This document shows, piece after piece, positions 9,733 to 22,804 of a stretch of DNA of 64,000 nt. Every line of letters begins with the position of its first letter. Position 1 is the first letter of the stretch. The position numbers and the translations under genes are program-made. The stretch covers positions 87,668,001 through 87,732,000 of the forward strand of contig OX597819.1 of NCBI GenBank assembly GCA_951406725.2, written 5' to 3'. Under the pieces are notes generated by a model. That model was not told the DNA's origin. It ran no database searches and saw only the letters and a program-made list of their open reading frames with translations. Origin of the DNA: Octopus vulgaris. Taxonomy: Eukaryota.

Positions 9733-12700
9733 ATCATCATCGTCATTTAATGTCTGTTGTTCATGCTGGCATGAGTTGGACGGTTTGACTAGGGCTGGTA
9801 AGCTGGAAGGCTGCACCAGATTCCAGTCTGATCTGGCATGGTTTTCTATGGATGGATTCCCTTCCTAACACCAATCACTCAGAGAGTGTAATGGGTGCTT
9901 TTATGTGCCACCAGCATGGGTGCCCTTTGCGTGACACCAGTATCTGCCATGACTGCAATTTTAAATAATAATGAAATTATTGTATACAGTGCTCAGGTGC
10001 ACTACCATTTTGCTCAGCCTGATGGGACTTCTCAAGCACGACATAAAGCAAAAGGTTTTGGTCATTGCATTTGTGAGGCCCAATACTCAAAAGAACTCAG
10101 CCACTTTGCCGCTGTGAGGTCCAACGGTCAAAAGGTGCTCTTTACATGCCAGTTACATGACACCAACACCATGACTACAATTTCACTTGACTGGTTTTCT
10201 CAAGCACAGCATATCGTCAAAGGTCTCGGTCACTAGTCATTGCCTCTGTGAGGCTCAAAGTTCGAAGATCATGCTTCACTACTTTATCCCATGTCTTCCT
10301 CAGTCTACCTCTACCACAGGTTCCCTCCACAGATAGAGATTGGCACTTCTTTACACAGCTGTCTTTGTCCATATGCATCACATAACCAGTGCAGTTGTCT
10401 CTCTTGCACATCACATTTGATGCCTCTTATGCCTAACTTTTCTCTCAAGATGCTTACGCTCTGTCAAACATGCACACTGACATTGCAGATCCAGCAAAGC
10501 ATACTGGCTTAATTTCTTTCAAACCTATGCATATACTAGGCTGTCACAGCCCATGTTTCACTGCCATGCAGCATAGCTCTTCGAACACAGGCATCATACA
10601 ATCTGCCTTTCACTCTGAGAGGCACTTATTGCCAGCAGAGGTAGGAGCTCTCTGAACTTTACCCAGCCTAATTTTATTCTAGCAGCTACATTCTCAGAGC
10701 ATCCACCTCTACTACTAACTTGGTCACCTAGATAATGGAAGCTATCTACTATCGCTAGCTTGTTTTCCTGGCAGTTGATGGAGTCTATTTTCTGCATATT
10801 TTCAGTGTTTATTGTACCTGTGCATCTTCCACATACAAAAGCTAGTCTTCCTGTCAACCATCCTCTGATATTGCTGCACTTTTTATGTGTCCAAAGCTCA
10901 CATCGGGTGCATCTTACGGAGTGTCTACATATGCCTTTTCAACAAATCAAGCAAGGCCATTTACTTGAAGGGATTTGTGATTTGTCTGCCTTCCTACATA
11001 CTAAGACTTTGGTTTTTGCTAGGCTCTTTGATTTTAGACCTTGCTTCTATACCTGGAACTTCTCTAGTTCTGGTAGTGATTCAGCAATAAGAGCAAGGTC
11101 ATCGGCATAGAGGAGCTCCCAGGGTCAGTCTGTCTTAAATTCCCATGTTATTACCTGGAGGACAATGATGAACAAGAGGGGGCTGAGCACCGATCCTTAG
11201 TGAACCCCTACTTGTGCTCTAAATTCTTTGCTGTACTCATTGCCAACCCTCACCTTACTGGTAGCATCCCTGTACGTGGCATGTATAACTCTCACCAACC
11301 ACTCATCTATCCCTAGTTTCTGCACTGACCACCAGATAAGGGATTGGAGAACCCTGTCAAAAGCTTTCTCCAAGTCAACAAAAGCTAAGTACAGAGGTTC
11401 ATCTTTGGCTATGTATTTCTCCTGTAACTGCCTTACCAGAAATATAGCATCAGTGGTGCTTCTCCCTGGCACAAAACCAAACTGCATCTCATCTAGGCTA
11501 ACTCTATCCCTAACTTGTTTGGCTATGACTCTCTCCATAACTTTTGTGACCTGATCCAACAATTTGATACCTCTGTAATTATTTCTAATGCATCACCTTT
11601 AACTTTGTAGCTGTTGACTATAGTGCTGCTACACCAGTCATTGGTTATAACTCCTTCATGAACCACCTGATTTACAATACCGGTGACTAGACCATAACCC
11701 ACACTGCCATATATTTTAAGCATTTCAGCAGTGATTCCTGAGGGCCAGGGACTTTCTTGGTTTTCATATCCTTAATTGCTTTATTTACCAAGGAACTGGT
11801 CTCTCAGTTGAGTCAACATTTGGCAGGCTCTCCTCCTCCCATTCATTCTCCACGTTCAGCATTTCCAAGCCTCTTTCTCTGCAGAATTATTAAATGCAAG
11901 TGCACCATCAACCATGTGGAGACAAATCTCTCCTATGATATCACAATTTTCTCTCATACACTGTCTTGCAATCCAAAACACTTCAATTCTTTGGTCCTCA
12001 CATTGCTGAACATAGACAAACTTCTTTTCTGCTTCTCCCTGAGCTAGATATAACTGTCTCCTAGCTTCCTTTTCAGCTATCTGATACAGTTCCCTGCTAC
12101 TCCCACTCTTCCGGGCCTGTTTCTTTGCTCTAATGGCCCTGTCTATTGCATCGCTCCACCACCACATTACCCTAGGTCTGAATGAGACTTTGCACAAGCC
12201 ACAGATTTGGTCTGAGGCACTCAGCAGGCTATCCCACAGGAATTCCCAGTTACCCTCTATATCACAACTATAGCCCCTCCTCCCCAAATTTCTCAATTAG
12301 GATGTTCCTAAATCTCTGACTGTATGAAGGGTCTTCAAACTGCCAAATCTTTCTTTACCAGATTGGTCTGCTTCTTGGCATCCTTCTGGCCTGGAGTCTA
12401 AAATTACTAATGACTAGTCTATGCTGGATGACGGGGTGGTACATTCTTCACCAGGGAGGGTCTTTGTATTTAAGAGCAACCATGCATCCTGCTGTCTGGT
12501 GAGAATGTAATCAATCTAGCTAGCACAGTCACCTGACTGGTAGGTTATCCGGTTGCTGGCTAGCTGGCTTCCTGAAGTTGATGTTGCAGATCAATAGGTT
12601 ATTTGCATCACAGAACTCCAGTAGCCTTATTCCCTCTTCATTTTGAGGACCAATTCCATGGCCCCCATGGAAGATAGTCTACTGCCCGACATGCCCATTG

Positions 12701-13170
12701 AAATCTCCAGCCACAAATATGAGACCATTGTCACTCGTCTTTGAGGTAGCCAGTAGAAGAATATCATAAAAGTGGTTCTTCTGTTCATTTGGTAGGCCTG
12801 CTTGTGGGGCATAGCCAGAGATAATTGTCGCTGTGCTATTCTGCAAGACTAGCCTGAGCTTAAACATCTATCGTACCCTCTAACTACCTCTATGACCTTA
12901 TCCACTAATTTCTCAGCAAGAAGTATGCTCACAAAACCTATCCTGTCACTGTTACCTTCCCAGAAGATTTTATACCCATGTGTTTTGCCTGTGAGGAACC
13001 TGGCTGAAGCTCCTCTCCACCTTACCTCTTGGATGCAGCATACATCGACACACCTCCATTCAAGCATCTCAACAATCTCACTAGATCTACCTTTCAAAAT
13101 GCCAACTCTGAAAAGTGGGAAAGAGATGTGGGAGGGAACAGAGGAAGGAGTGATAGCATTCAGCACCTAA
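9733..13170 (-). mobile_element. RTE-clade LINE, near full ORF span, heavily frameshifted; (ATG)n tail
   Basis: Fragments VDVCCIQEVRWRG, YAPQAG, GDFNGHVG, QFGFVPGRSTTDAIF, DLEKAFDRV, YLG, GRGRLRKTW in collinear order. Confidence 0.9.
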
Positions 13171-13462
13171 AGAAAGTTTCAGTGATTACTTGATAACAGA
13201 CATGTCACATCACTTCTTGCTTTAACCTATCATCATTCAAACATGTTAAAATTGTTGCCCCTTTTATTTTACTAAGTCACATATCAACTTTTAGTGCATG
13301 CAATAGTGTGGGCAATTGTTGGGGGTGGGGAAGGAGGGATGAAGGTATGCAAGTCTTCAGGTACAGATGCGAGGCAGAGCCCTGTAGGGGTTTCCAGTAT
13401 TGGGGATAGATTTCCAGTATAGGTGGTGGGTTGGGAGTGTGTGGGCACATCACAGACAAACA

Positions 13463-13740
13463 ATGGCCATTTTTACCAGAGAACAATGATGTAAACATTA
13501 TGAAACAGAGAGAGAAAACTAATGATTTAGGGAATAGTACATGTTAGTATTACAGGTTAGATGAATGAATGAAGCAATTAAAAAGAAGAGAGAAAATACA
13601 CATGGCCAGTTTTCAAGAGAACAATGACAAAAACATTATGAAACAGGGAGAGAAGATTAAGATTTTAGGGAATAGTACATGTTAGTATTATGGGTTAAAT
13701 GAATGAATGAATGAAGCGATTAAAACAAGAGAAATATATA
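13463..13740. repeat. Tandem duplication, 2 x ~138 bp
   Basis: atggcca...gagaacaatga...aaacattatgaaacag...ggaatagtacatgttagtatta...gaatgaagc occurs twice head to tail. Confidence 0.8.
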
Positions 13741-13919
13741 TATAGGCATGTCAAGTTATATAGATTAAAAAATTTTAAATGGCTGTACTCATTTATTCCA
13801 AGGAATGCAAATGAAGCTAGCAAAAAAATACTGACATATGTTAACATCATGTACAAATACACTTTGGATAAATAATTATTTTAAATTCAAAAAGTAACAA
13901 AACAAATAAATAAACATAC

Positions 13920-14027
13920 CATATCAAGAGCAGCAACAAATCCGGCATCATTATTAAATGCTGTTTGCACCAGGGCAGAGTACTTTTTATGGACATCAAG
14001 AATAGTCTGAACATAAACTTTGGGATC
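13920..14027 (-). CDS. CUL1: Cullin-1 coding exon 8 ([36 protein letters not shown])
   Basis: 108 nt; tgcag / GTATGT; translated by hand. Confidence 0.95.
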
Positions 14028-14944
14028 CTGCACAAAGATAAACATATATATATCTTAGGCAATGAGCACAAGTTTTAACAAATGCTGTATTATTAGTTTA
14101 ATGCTTAAAAAAAAAAAGGAAAAGTCTTGACATTTTGGGCGCTAGTCCTATATCAGAAAAATAAAGAAAGGAAAAAAATGGTTTGGAGAAAAAATTAAAA
14201 TGGTTAAGGAACAGGTGGGAATGCAGTTCTACTGAGTAAGTTACATGTGTAGGAGGTATTCCTGTATAGAGATGGGCATAGGTGTGTAGAGGTGTGCAAG
14301 TATGGGAATGTAGTGGCATGGGATAGTGTGGGAAGATGATGTATAGGTGTAAATATATTGTATGCGAGAGAAAATATATACACATAAATACGCACATACA
14401 CAAAAACTCAATGATGAAAATATGCAAATATGAACTAAAAGACAATATGAAATAAATACTATACAGTAAATTAATTATTACCAATTACTGACATGATATG
14501 AGAATAAAAACATAAACGTAGTAATTGCATTGCATATTTTGATTTTAAATCTTTTAGGTGAAACAAATTTAAATAACCAAATTTACAAAGATTTTATTTA
14601 GTTTTATAAATGTAAACAATTTCTCTTTTTTTTCTTCCAATTAAAATTACCACTTTACTTTATACTTGTGACCATGAATAAAGTATTAGATAAAAAAGAA
14701 ATTGAAGTAAACAAGGGTGAGAACTGGCATGGAAAGATTTAAGCCTTTGAACTTGTGAGTATGCTTAAGTAGCCAAGATTTCATTGGACTATACCTCTAG
14801 AAGATGCATAAGTAGGCAGCCACATGGTTTTGTCTTTACAGCTCATAAACTGGCACAAACATAATTATTTTCAACTGTAAACACAAAATCCGCATACTCA
14901 TGGGTTCAAAGGATTAAGATATATTTAGATCAACATTAAAAAAT

Positions 14945-15173
14945 TTAACCCTTTAGTGTTCAGATTAATCTGTTAAATGTAATACTTTTTTCACTGAAAT
15001 TATTTTCAATTAATCATACATTATCTTAGAGCTTTGAAGTTTCAATGATATAATAGTTTAATCTTAGAATGTCAATGTAGGTTAGGTGTGAGGGGCCAGA
15101 TATGGCCAGTTTGAACATAAAACAGATTAAATATTTTGGCCGGATATGGCCGGTTTAAATACTAAAAGGTTAA
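14945..15173. mobile_element. piggyBac-type MITE (TTAA target)
   Basis: TTAA|CCCTTTAG...CTAAAAGG|TTAA; related copies at 32188-32405, 39786-40013, ~38905-39070, ~53790-54010. Confidence 0.72.
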
Positions 15174-15346
15174 ATGACAAAAAAGGGGAGGGAAAAACTA
15201 ATGTTGCTGTGCAAATTCATCTAACCCAGATCACAAGGAAAACTGAATACTGAGAATGATTTCCTTATTCAACATGCATTTCTTAATGTTTATAATATTT
15301 ATAACTGCAGTACACATTTGAAAGACAAAAAGATATATAATCTTAC

Positions 15347-15477
15347 ATTTACAGCTGTCTCACCACATTTTTCTATAGCAGCAAGGCCTTGATTGTAAAT
15401 GTGTGTTTCAAGAAACGAGCGTAGTTCTACCAAACCATCTTGTATTCTTGAAACTAGCTGATACATCCGACCAAGGT
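15347..15477 (-). CDS. CUL1: Cullin-1 coding exon 7 ([44 protein letters not shown])
   Basis: 131 nt; ttctag / GTAAGA; translated by hand. Confidence 0.95.
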
Positions 15478-15684
15478 CTAGAAGAACAAAAGAAAAACAA
15501 TCACACCAGTAATCAGTTAACTACAACATTTCTCTAAATATAAAAGCCTATGTCACATATTCTTTGTTGCATACACAAATATACATTTAAAAATACATAC
15601 AGACACACATACATATATACATACACAAGACTTTGTACTGAACATATTTTGTGATAAAGTGAAATTGACAATCATCGTTCTTGT

Positions 15685-16135
15685 ATCATCATCATTTCAA
15701 CATGCATTTTCCATGCTTGTATGGGTCAGATTCGCTATGGATGGATGCCCTTCCTGTCACCTACTCATAACTGTTTCCAAGCGAGTAACATCTCTCCATG
15801 GCCAGACATGATTTCACAGAATAGTAGATATGAAGGATGCCACTTGTATGACACTGACACTCATTTACATGCGCACACCATGCATGCATGTACCTGTGTC
15901 TTGACATCATGTAATGGTTGTACATGAGTAACCTTATCATACAAGCAATGCTGTTCACTTTTAGTCTTCCCTGAAAAACATGCCTAGCCATAGTAAATGT
16001 GGCCTTGTCTGGAGATAGGTGAGGGTTGGTGATAAGAAGGGTATCTGGCTGTAGAAAATCTGCTTCAAAAAATTTTGTCTGATCCACACAAACACGGAAA
16101 AGTGGACATTAAAACAATGATGTTGATGATAATGA
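15685..16135. mobile_element. Two RTE-tailed SINE 3' halves in inverted arrangement
   Basis: catcatcat..ttttccatgcttgtatgggtcaga..cccttcctgtcacc (minus copy) faces ..ggtgataagaagggtatc..tctgatcc..ggaaaagtggacattaaaacaatgatg (plus copy). Confidence 0.65.
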
Positions 16136-16190
16136 TTACACACACACACACACATATACTTAGATGTGTGTGTGTATATATTATATATAT

Positions 16191-16341
16191 GTGGCTGTGT
16201 GGTAAGTAGCTTGCTTACGAACCACATGGTTCCGGGTTCAGTCTCATTGTGTGGCATCTTGGGCAAGTGTCTTCTACTATAGCCTTGGGCCGACCAAAGC
16301 CTTGTGAGTGGATTTGGTATACGGAAATTGAAAGAAGCCCG

Positions 16342-16413
<72 letters not shown>

Positions 16414-16418
16414 ATGTA

Positions 16419-16457
<39 letters not shown>

Positions 16458-16678
16458 GTGTATATGCTTGTGTGTCTGTGTTTGTCCCCCCAACATCGCT
16501 TGACAACCGATGCTGGTGTGTTCACGTACCCGTAACTTAGCAGTTCGGCAAAAGAGACCAATAGAATAATTACTAGGCTTACAAAGAATAAGTCCTGGGG
16601 TCGATTTCCTCAATCGACAAAAGGTGGTGCTCCAGCATGGCCACAGTCAAATGACTGAAACAAGTAAAAGAGTAAAAA
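16191..16678 (+). mobile_element. tRNA-derived SINE family A with expanded (TG)/(TATG)/(TCTG) tract
   Basis: Collinear with 4467-4869. Confidence 0.85.
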
Positions 16679-16694
16679 TATATATATATATAAA

Positions 16695-16732
16695 CTGTCC
16701 GACAAACGGGAACGTGAAACTCCAAGTAACAG
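16695..16732 (+). ncRNA. Degenerate minimal hammerhead motif in a ~75-bp insert within (TA)n
   Basis: CTGT-CCGACAA-ACG(GGAA)CGT-GAAA-CTCCAAG-TA-ACAG, followed by AATAAA; core differs from CTGACGA at two positions. Confidence 0.5.
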
Positions 16733-16765
16733 CGTTTGTTATATTTCTGCTGCTTTTAAATAAAG

Positions 16766-16806
<41 letters not shown>

Positions 16807-16847
16807 TGAGAGAGAGAGATCTGTGTGTGAATATATTGAATATATGA

Positions 16848-16886
<39 letters not shown>

Positions 16887-16956
16887 CGGGATCTGTGTGT
16901 GTGTGTGTATGCATATATAAATGTAACTGGGTAAACATTGATGAAGTATTTCTTAC

Positions 16957-17119
16957 CAGTATGTTTATCATCATCAAGTAAATTTTGAAATTCAACATGA
17001 AATATGTCAAGATGTTTTTCTATTAGGGTCTTCTCACAGATTTTAGCTAATCCATCCTGGGTGCTCTCATGAAGATACAATTGCACACGTTTGGCCTCTT
17101 CCATTAGACGAGTTTCAGC
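16957..17119 (-). CDS. CUL1: Cullin-1 coding exon 6 ([54 protein letters not shown])
   Basis: 163 nt; ttgtag / GTAAGA; overlaps ORF 16739..17104. Confidence 0.95.
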
Positions 17120-17999
17120 CTACAATACAGAGATAGAGAGAGAGACAATAATTAATTCTAAATTAAACAAAATAATGCTTGTCACAGCTTGTATATGCCA
17201 CAGTAATGGCTTCTAACACAGGCACAAAACCATAAATGTTGCAGGGATGTATGAAGTTGATTCAATCAATCCCAGAGCACTTGATGAGTATTCACTTCAT
17301 AAACACCAGAAAGGAAAATGGCAAAGATGATTTCAGTAGGATTTGAATTCAGAACACAGAGAGCATAACCAAAATATGCCAGTCATTTTGTCTGTTGTTT
17401 TACTGATTCTGTTAATCAACTTACCTTTGTACCCAACTGTTGTATTACAAGCCAATGAGGGAGCTTCTACATGTTCAACCTGCTAGAACTATTAGCCAAA
17501 TTTCCCTCAAATTATACTGCCCTATTGTCTGCCACAATAATAATAATGATGATTTCTTAAGACAGACAGAAGGCTACCCATTTTGGGAAAAGAAATAACT
17601 GAATTTAGTAACCCTAATACATGACTAGTACAATATCATCAATCCTCGAAAAGTTTAAAATCTGAAATAACCAAATACTATAAAGTATTTTGTTCAGTGC
17701 TTTACCCATACAGCAGTCAATACTCTAGTAGCCACAGCAGTAGAAGTAGTAGTAATAGTAGAAGCAAATGTTTTCTTCTGAAGTGTTTAATTCTGGATTT
17801 AGTTGTGTTAAGAGAGTGTGGGCTGTGTCTTAACTTTTACAGATAAGTCAGCCATGTACGGGTGATTTTTCTAAATAAAAAAGTGGCATTTAGTAGGGTT
17901 GCAAACTTTAGCCAATTTGTACAACTTTTTGGCTGGCTGGATATTTATCTAGTGTATTTCTCTAGGGTTACTGTAACCACTTAAGCTTATATAGTATGA

Positions 18000-18720
18000 C
18001 CACCTGAGGTAATGAACTATAATGATGAATTGAATTCTTTGAGTTTTTCTTAAAATTTTGACCAGATCATGCTGGAGAACCCCACAAAAATCTTCATTGT
18101 AAGTTGACCCAATGGTCAATGCATCCAAATTGAAGTCATATCAATTTGCTTTTACAAGCAAATAGAAATGTAATCTCACAATAGAGACACTCAATTGCAA
18201 CAAGTGAATGGGTGTTTTACTTGGGTTTTTCCTTCCAATCCAAGAACAAGATTAAGAAGTACATTAATTTACAGCATGAAGACCAGCTTACTGGTCCCAG
18301 GTGGTGCTCAAACATTCAATTCTTCCTTATGGATGTGAAACCTGTTCTTTACAAACAGGGTTTCTGTAATTTGGGGTATTTTGACAATTGCAGTCTTAAA
18401 AGAATAGAATATGCTTATTTGCTTCATGACATGAATGTGTTTGCTGTCTCCAAGGATCTAGCTATATAGCCTTTATCATTTATAATCCAAGCCCACTATT
18501 GCTGCTAGTTTGGCTATATATATATCAACATGATTCAAAAATCTTTAACCATGTTACTGTTATCCTGATCTCATGTTCAAGTTGGCAATACCACAAAGGT
18601 GGGTAACTAAAAATATAGCATCATATTATCAATGCAGCTCTCACATCGATCACTTGTTCAAATACCCACTGTCTTCATCGGTGGAATGCAGGCTAACCTC
18701 AAAATCAAATCTAACCTGAG
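18000..18720 (+). mobile_element. Very old LINE (RTE-like) RT C-terminal remnant
   Basis: cttccttatggatgtgaaacctg reads LPYGCET, like the RTE LLYGCETW motif; otherwise decayed. Confidence 0.35.
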
Positions 18721-20697
18721 AAATAACAGACTGCAATAGGTGTCAACTGTTTGAGGTGCAAGTTTATCTGGGAGGAACCAGCTAAGCATACTATGTAAAT
18801 AATGATATATTACATAACAATAAGCATATCAAACTTTAATGAAACTTGATCAACTGGAGAGTATCAGATTCATATTATGTTCAATCATTCACTCACCATG
18901 TCACTTCCTTTTCTGTTTTTCCCTTCTGGAAGCAAGTTTGAGTAAACAATATGAAAGAAATAAACCGCATTTTGAAACAGAAACTAAAAGTATTAAACTG
19001 CTTTTTGCTATTATTGGCTACGAGAAGCCTGTAGCAGATGGTCAAAGATGGTATTTGTCATATGATAGAACAATAACTGCAAGTCAAATGTTGATATCAG
19101 CCTAACCAAGCAAAACATGACCAGCATAAATCCGATTTCCCAAGTGAAGGAGCACATTTATATAAGCCAATATTCTAAGCAATAAGGAACAGAATCACAG
19201 TGTAGTTAATTTGCTAGACTACAGACTACATACCAGTACTTCATTCAAATCTTAAAACAGTCATGAATTTGTGCCTCAGAACAAGATGTATTAACTGTCA
19301 GACAAACAAGAAATTTTGCCCGACTGACAAAAAAAACTTTAGTATATCAGTTAATTAACAGAAAGAAAGGCATCCAACTGCAAAAAAGAAAAATTTTCTT
19401 CAACAGAAAGAAAAAAATCCAAACTATGGCTATAACAGAATCAAAAGAAAAGTCTTAAAACATGCAGAAAATTCACCCAGGCCAATTGATCAGTCCAAGT
19501 GATACAAGTTGAAAGGACTTTGAGGCTGATCCATTGACCTGATGGAACAAATGTTGTGAATGGTTGGTTTTGAAGTGTTAATAGCTAATCAGATATCGTC
19601 TTTCAGTAGGTGTATCTCAACAGAAAACAAATTTTGGTCTTTTTGGCTACACATACCAAAACCCCATGTCTCAAAAGGGTTAAAGATCACAACATAAATA
19701 TACTCAAACATGTAGGGCACAGCAATCAATGTATATTATTGATGTATTATTAAAACTCGTTTACCAGTCTCAAGTGTATTCACCATTTTTAACAAACATA
19801 TTCTACAGACACCTGGCACATTCCAATGACCTTAGAAGAGAGGAGCTACCTTTGAGATGTAACCATTTGAAGAATTTACATTCCATTTGTACTTGTTGTA
19901 GAATAAACAAAAACTACTTTGCCAATAAGTTAGAAGGTGAAACTGTACAAAAATTGTCTTTGTTAATATAACAATTTTTCTCAGTATTAGATCTGGCCAC
20001 TTTGAATATAAACATGTAGAATATTTGGGTCATATATGGACGTTTTAAGTGCTAAAGGGTTAAAGTATACAGCTCAAATTATTTCATGAGCAAAACCAAA
20101 AATGACTGAGATTACTCTGGACACAAAGGAATTATCTGTCAACCACTTAATAAATAATATAGAGGCAAACTTTCTTTTTGCATAAGATCGTTCAGAGGCA
20201 ATATAACAAAGAAGAATTGACAATCATCCAGCTGATATTAGGTTCAATTAACAAGTGCTCTAGATATTCCCTTTCCTCACCAATGAATGAAATGAAGGAC
20301 AATAAACACTAAAAGAAAAATTCAGAAAGAAACTGAGCTTCTATGAGTATAAACCAAATCTACAAAAACGCATAAAGAGAGCTGTACAGATTTTACAGCT
20401 CCTTACCTCACAATAACAAAATATCCTAAGCATTATGTCGTTAGCTAAAAATGCTCAATGGATCTATAAGCTCCAGCAGAGCTGGTCAGATAGATCTATT
20501 CAATAACAAAGTATGCAGAGAGACAATCTCACTTTCCAACTTCTTACTTTTACAGAATTATAAATAAATCAACTTTTATAACACTGTTAAACCAGTAAAA
20601 GGTTGAATGGAAAACAAAACGCAGAATTTAATCTGCAAGCTAACATCTACAACAAAACATATATTAGATAAAATATAAAAAAGAAATTTTAAAATAC

Positions 20698-20861
20698 CTT
20701 TTTCATATATTCAGTGACAGGATTGTGTGCTAAAAAGTCTGTACTTTCCCATGTGTAAAATCTTCCTGTGTAACTTAAGAAAGGACTTTCAAAATGTTCC
20801 TTGTATACACTCAACGTTGGACCTTTTGCCGAGGGATCATCTTCATTTAAACCAAGTGCCA
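20698..20861 (-). CDS. CUL1: Cullin-1 coding exon 5 ([55 protein letters not shown])
   Basis: 164 nt; tatag / GTATTT; inside ORF 20689..20934. Confidence 0.95.
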
Positions 20862-20954
20862 CTATATAGAAAAGGCAAAATATATGATTAATAATTTCTG
20901 AGGAATATGAAGTTGTGAATATAAAAAACAACAATGATAACTACAATAATAACA

Positions 20955-21590
20955 ATGGGTTCCAATTTAGACACAAAGCCAATAATTTTGAAAGGAAGTG
21001 GGATTAGTCGATTTCCTTTATTCCCAGTACTTGACAGGTACTTTATTTCATTGATCTTGAAAGGATGAAGAGCAGAGTTGACCTTGGCAGGATTTGAATT
21101 CATAATGTAAAGAGCCAGAACAAATACTGTAAAGTATTTTGTACAATGCTCCAATGAGTAATTCAGTCAGCTGCTCTTATCCTGGTAATAATAATAAAGA
21201 CAGCATTTTGCCTGTCTTTACATTCTGTGTTTGAATGCCACTGGGTCAACTTTGCCTTTCATCCTTTCAAGGTTGATGAAATAAGTACCAGTTGTGTACT
21301 GGGGTCAATATAATCGATTAGCCACATCCCCAAAACTTCCTGATTTTGTGCCAAAATTTGAAACCAATACTATCATCATCATCAGTTGCCACTGCCACCA
21401 CAGCAGCAGCAGTAAGCTGGCAGAATCATTAGCATGGTGGCGTTTCATCTGTCTTTACATTCTGAGTTCAAATTCTGCCTTTTGGAGCCGATGGTGTGAG
21501 TACCAGTTAAACACTAGGGCTGTTGTAACCAACTTACTCCTTTCCCATAAATTTCAGGCCTTGTGCCTTATAGCAGGAAGGATTATTATT
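20955..21590. mobile_element. Cluster of SINE family B (Nin-domain-like) copies: minus ~20955-21180, plus ~21195-21365, plus ~21410-21590
   Basis: Core gtcaactttgcctttcatcctttc..gataaaataagtaccag on both strands. Confidence 0.7.
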
Positions 21591-22804
21591 ATTGTTAGCA
21601 TTATTAAAAGAGAAGGAGTAGGAGATATTCAAAATGATTCTTTTTTTTAATGTGACAAGTTATATAAATTTAATCTCTGCGTAATACAATATAACTAAAT
21701 TATTTTAAATTTCAATAGTTTTCAAGTGATATTCAGTTTCAAAAAATGACAAAACTGTATTGTAGAAGCTTGAAAGCCAAATATAATTATCTTTTAATGG
21801 AGTTTTACAGAAATTTTTCTCCACTGACAATTTGAACATATTAAATCATCTGATCTCCCAACTATGAACAACTAAGGAAGTAGAAGATATGCTTATTTTT
21901 AAGCTTTGCAAACTAAGGAAAACAGAATATCATTGTTTCCCCTTAGAGACACAAAACTTGAACTCATAATCTCACTAACTTCATATAGCACCTTAACCCT
22001 TTTGAGACCATTATTCCCAATGAATACAAACCTAGGCATTAAATACACATTAAAAATAATCAATAATTTTGAAAATTTTATTAAAATTATATTTTTCATT
22101 ATTAAGTAGGTGCTTTACAAACTGAACACTAAGCTGTTACATAAAACTGATGGTTTTACTTAATATTCATTTCAAATTTTGATACAAGGCCAGTAATTTC
22201 AGGGGAGGGGATAAATTGATTACAGTGACCCCAGTGCTTGACTAATATTTATTTTATTGAGCCCAAAAGGGTGAAGGGCAAAGTCGACCATGGTGGAATT
22301 TGAACTCAGACAGACAAAATGCTGCTAATCATTTTGCCCAGCATGCTATCTTTTTTACTTAAAATATGAACACAGAAAATTAAGAGGTGTTTGAATCATA
22401 AACCTTATGGGCAGTCTCAGCTGGGTTGGAACCAAAAGAGAAAGCCTGAGAGTCAGTTGGTCTTTTCTTTAAACTTCAAAGAATTTAAACATCAAACATA
22501 AGATTTAATATAAAAAAAACACTGTCCATTATTTTTTCCAGGTAACAAGTGTACAAAAAGAAAATACTGAATAGAAAGAAGTCATTGCATTATTGCACCA
22601 TAGCTGAATTGAGAAAAACCCTGAGTTTCTTTTTAACTTTTCAACTAACAACTTGGAGGTAACAACCAAAACAGTTACAGAGCCTTCACATGATCACCTG
22701 ACCTGCTAGAAATAATAGCCAAATCATATTTTAGACACATTAGATAACGTAGTCTTAGATGTACAAAAAAGAAAGACACAATCATATCTGGAATGCTTTT
22801 GATT

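Noticed and set aside
15961-16613. Overlapping ORFs of 60-180 aa (HTHT, CVCV, YIYI) here and throughout the window
   Set aside because: Translations of microsatellites and SINEs; no protein family signal.
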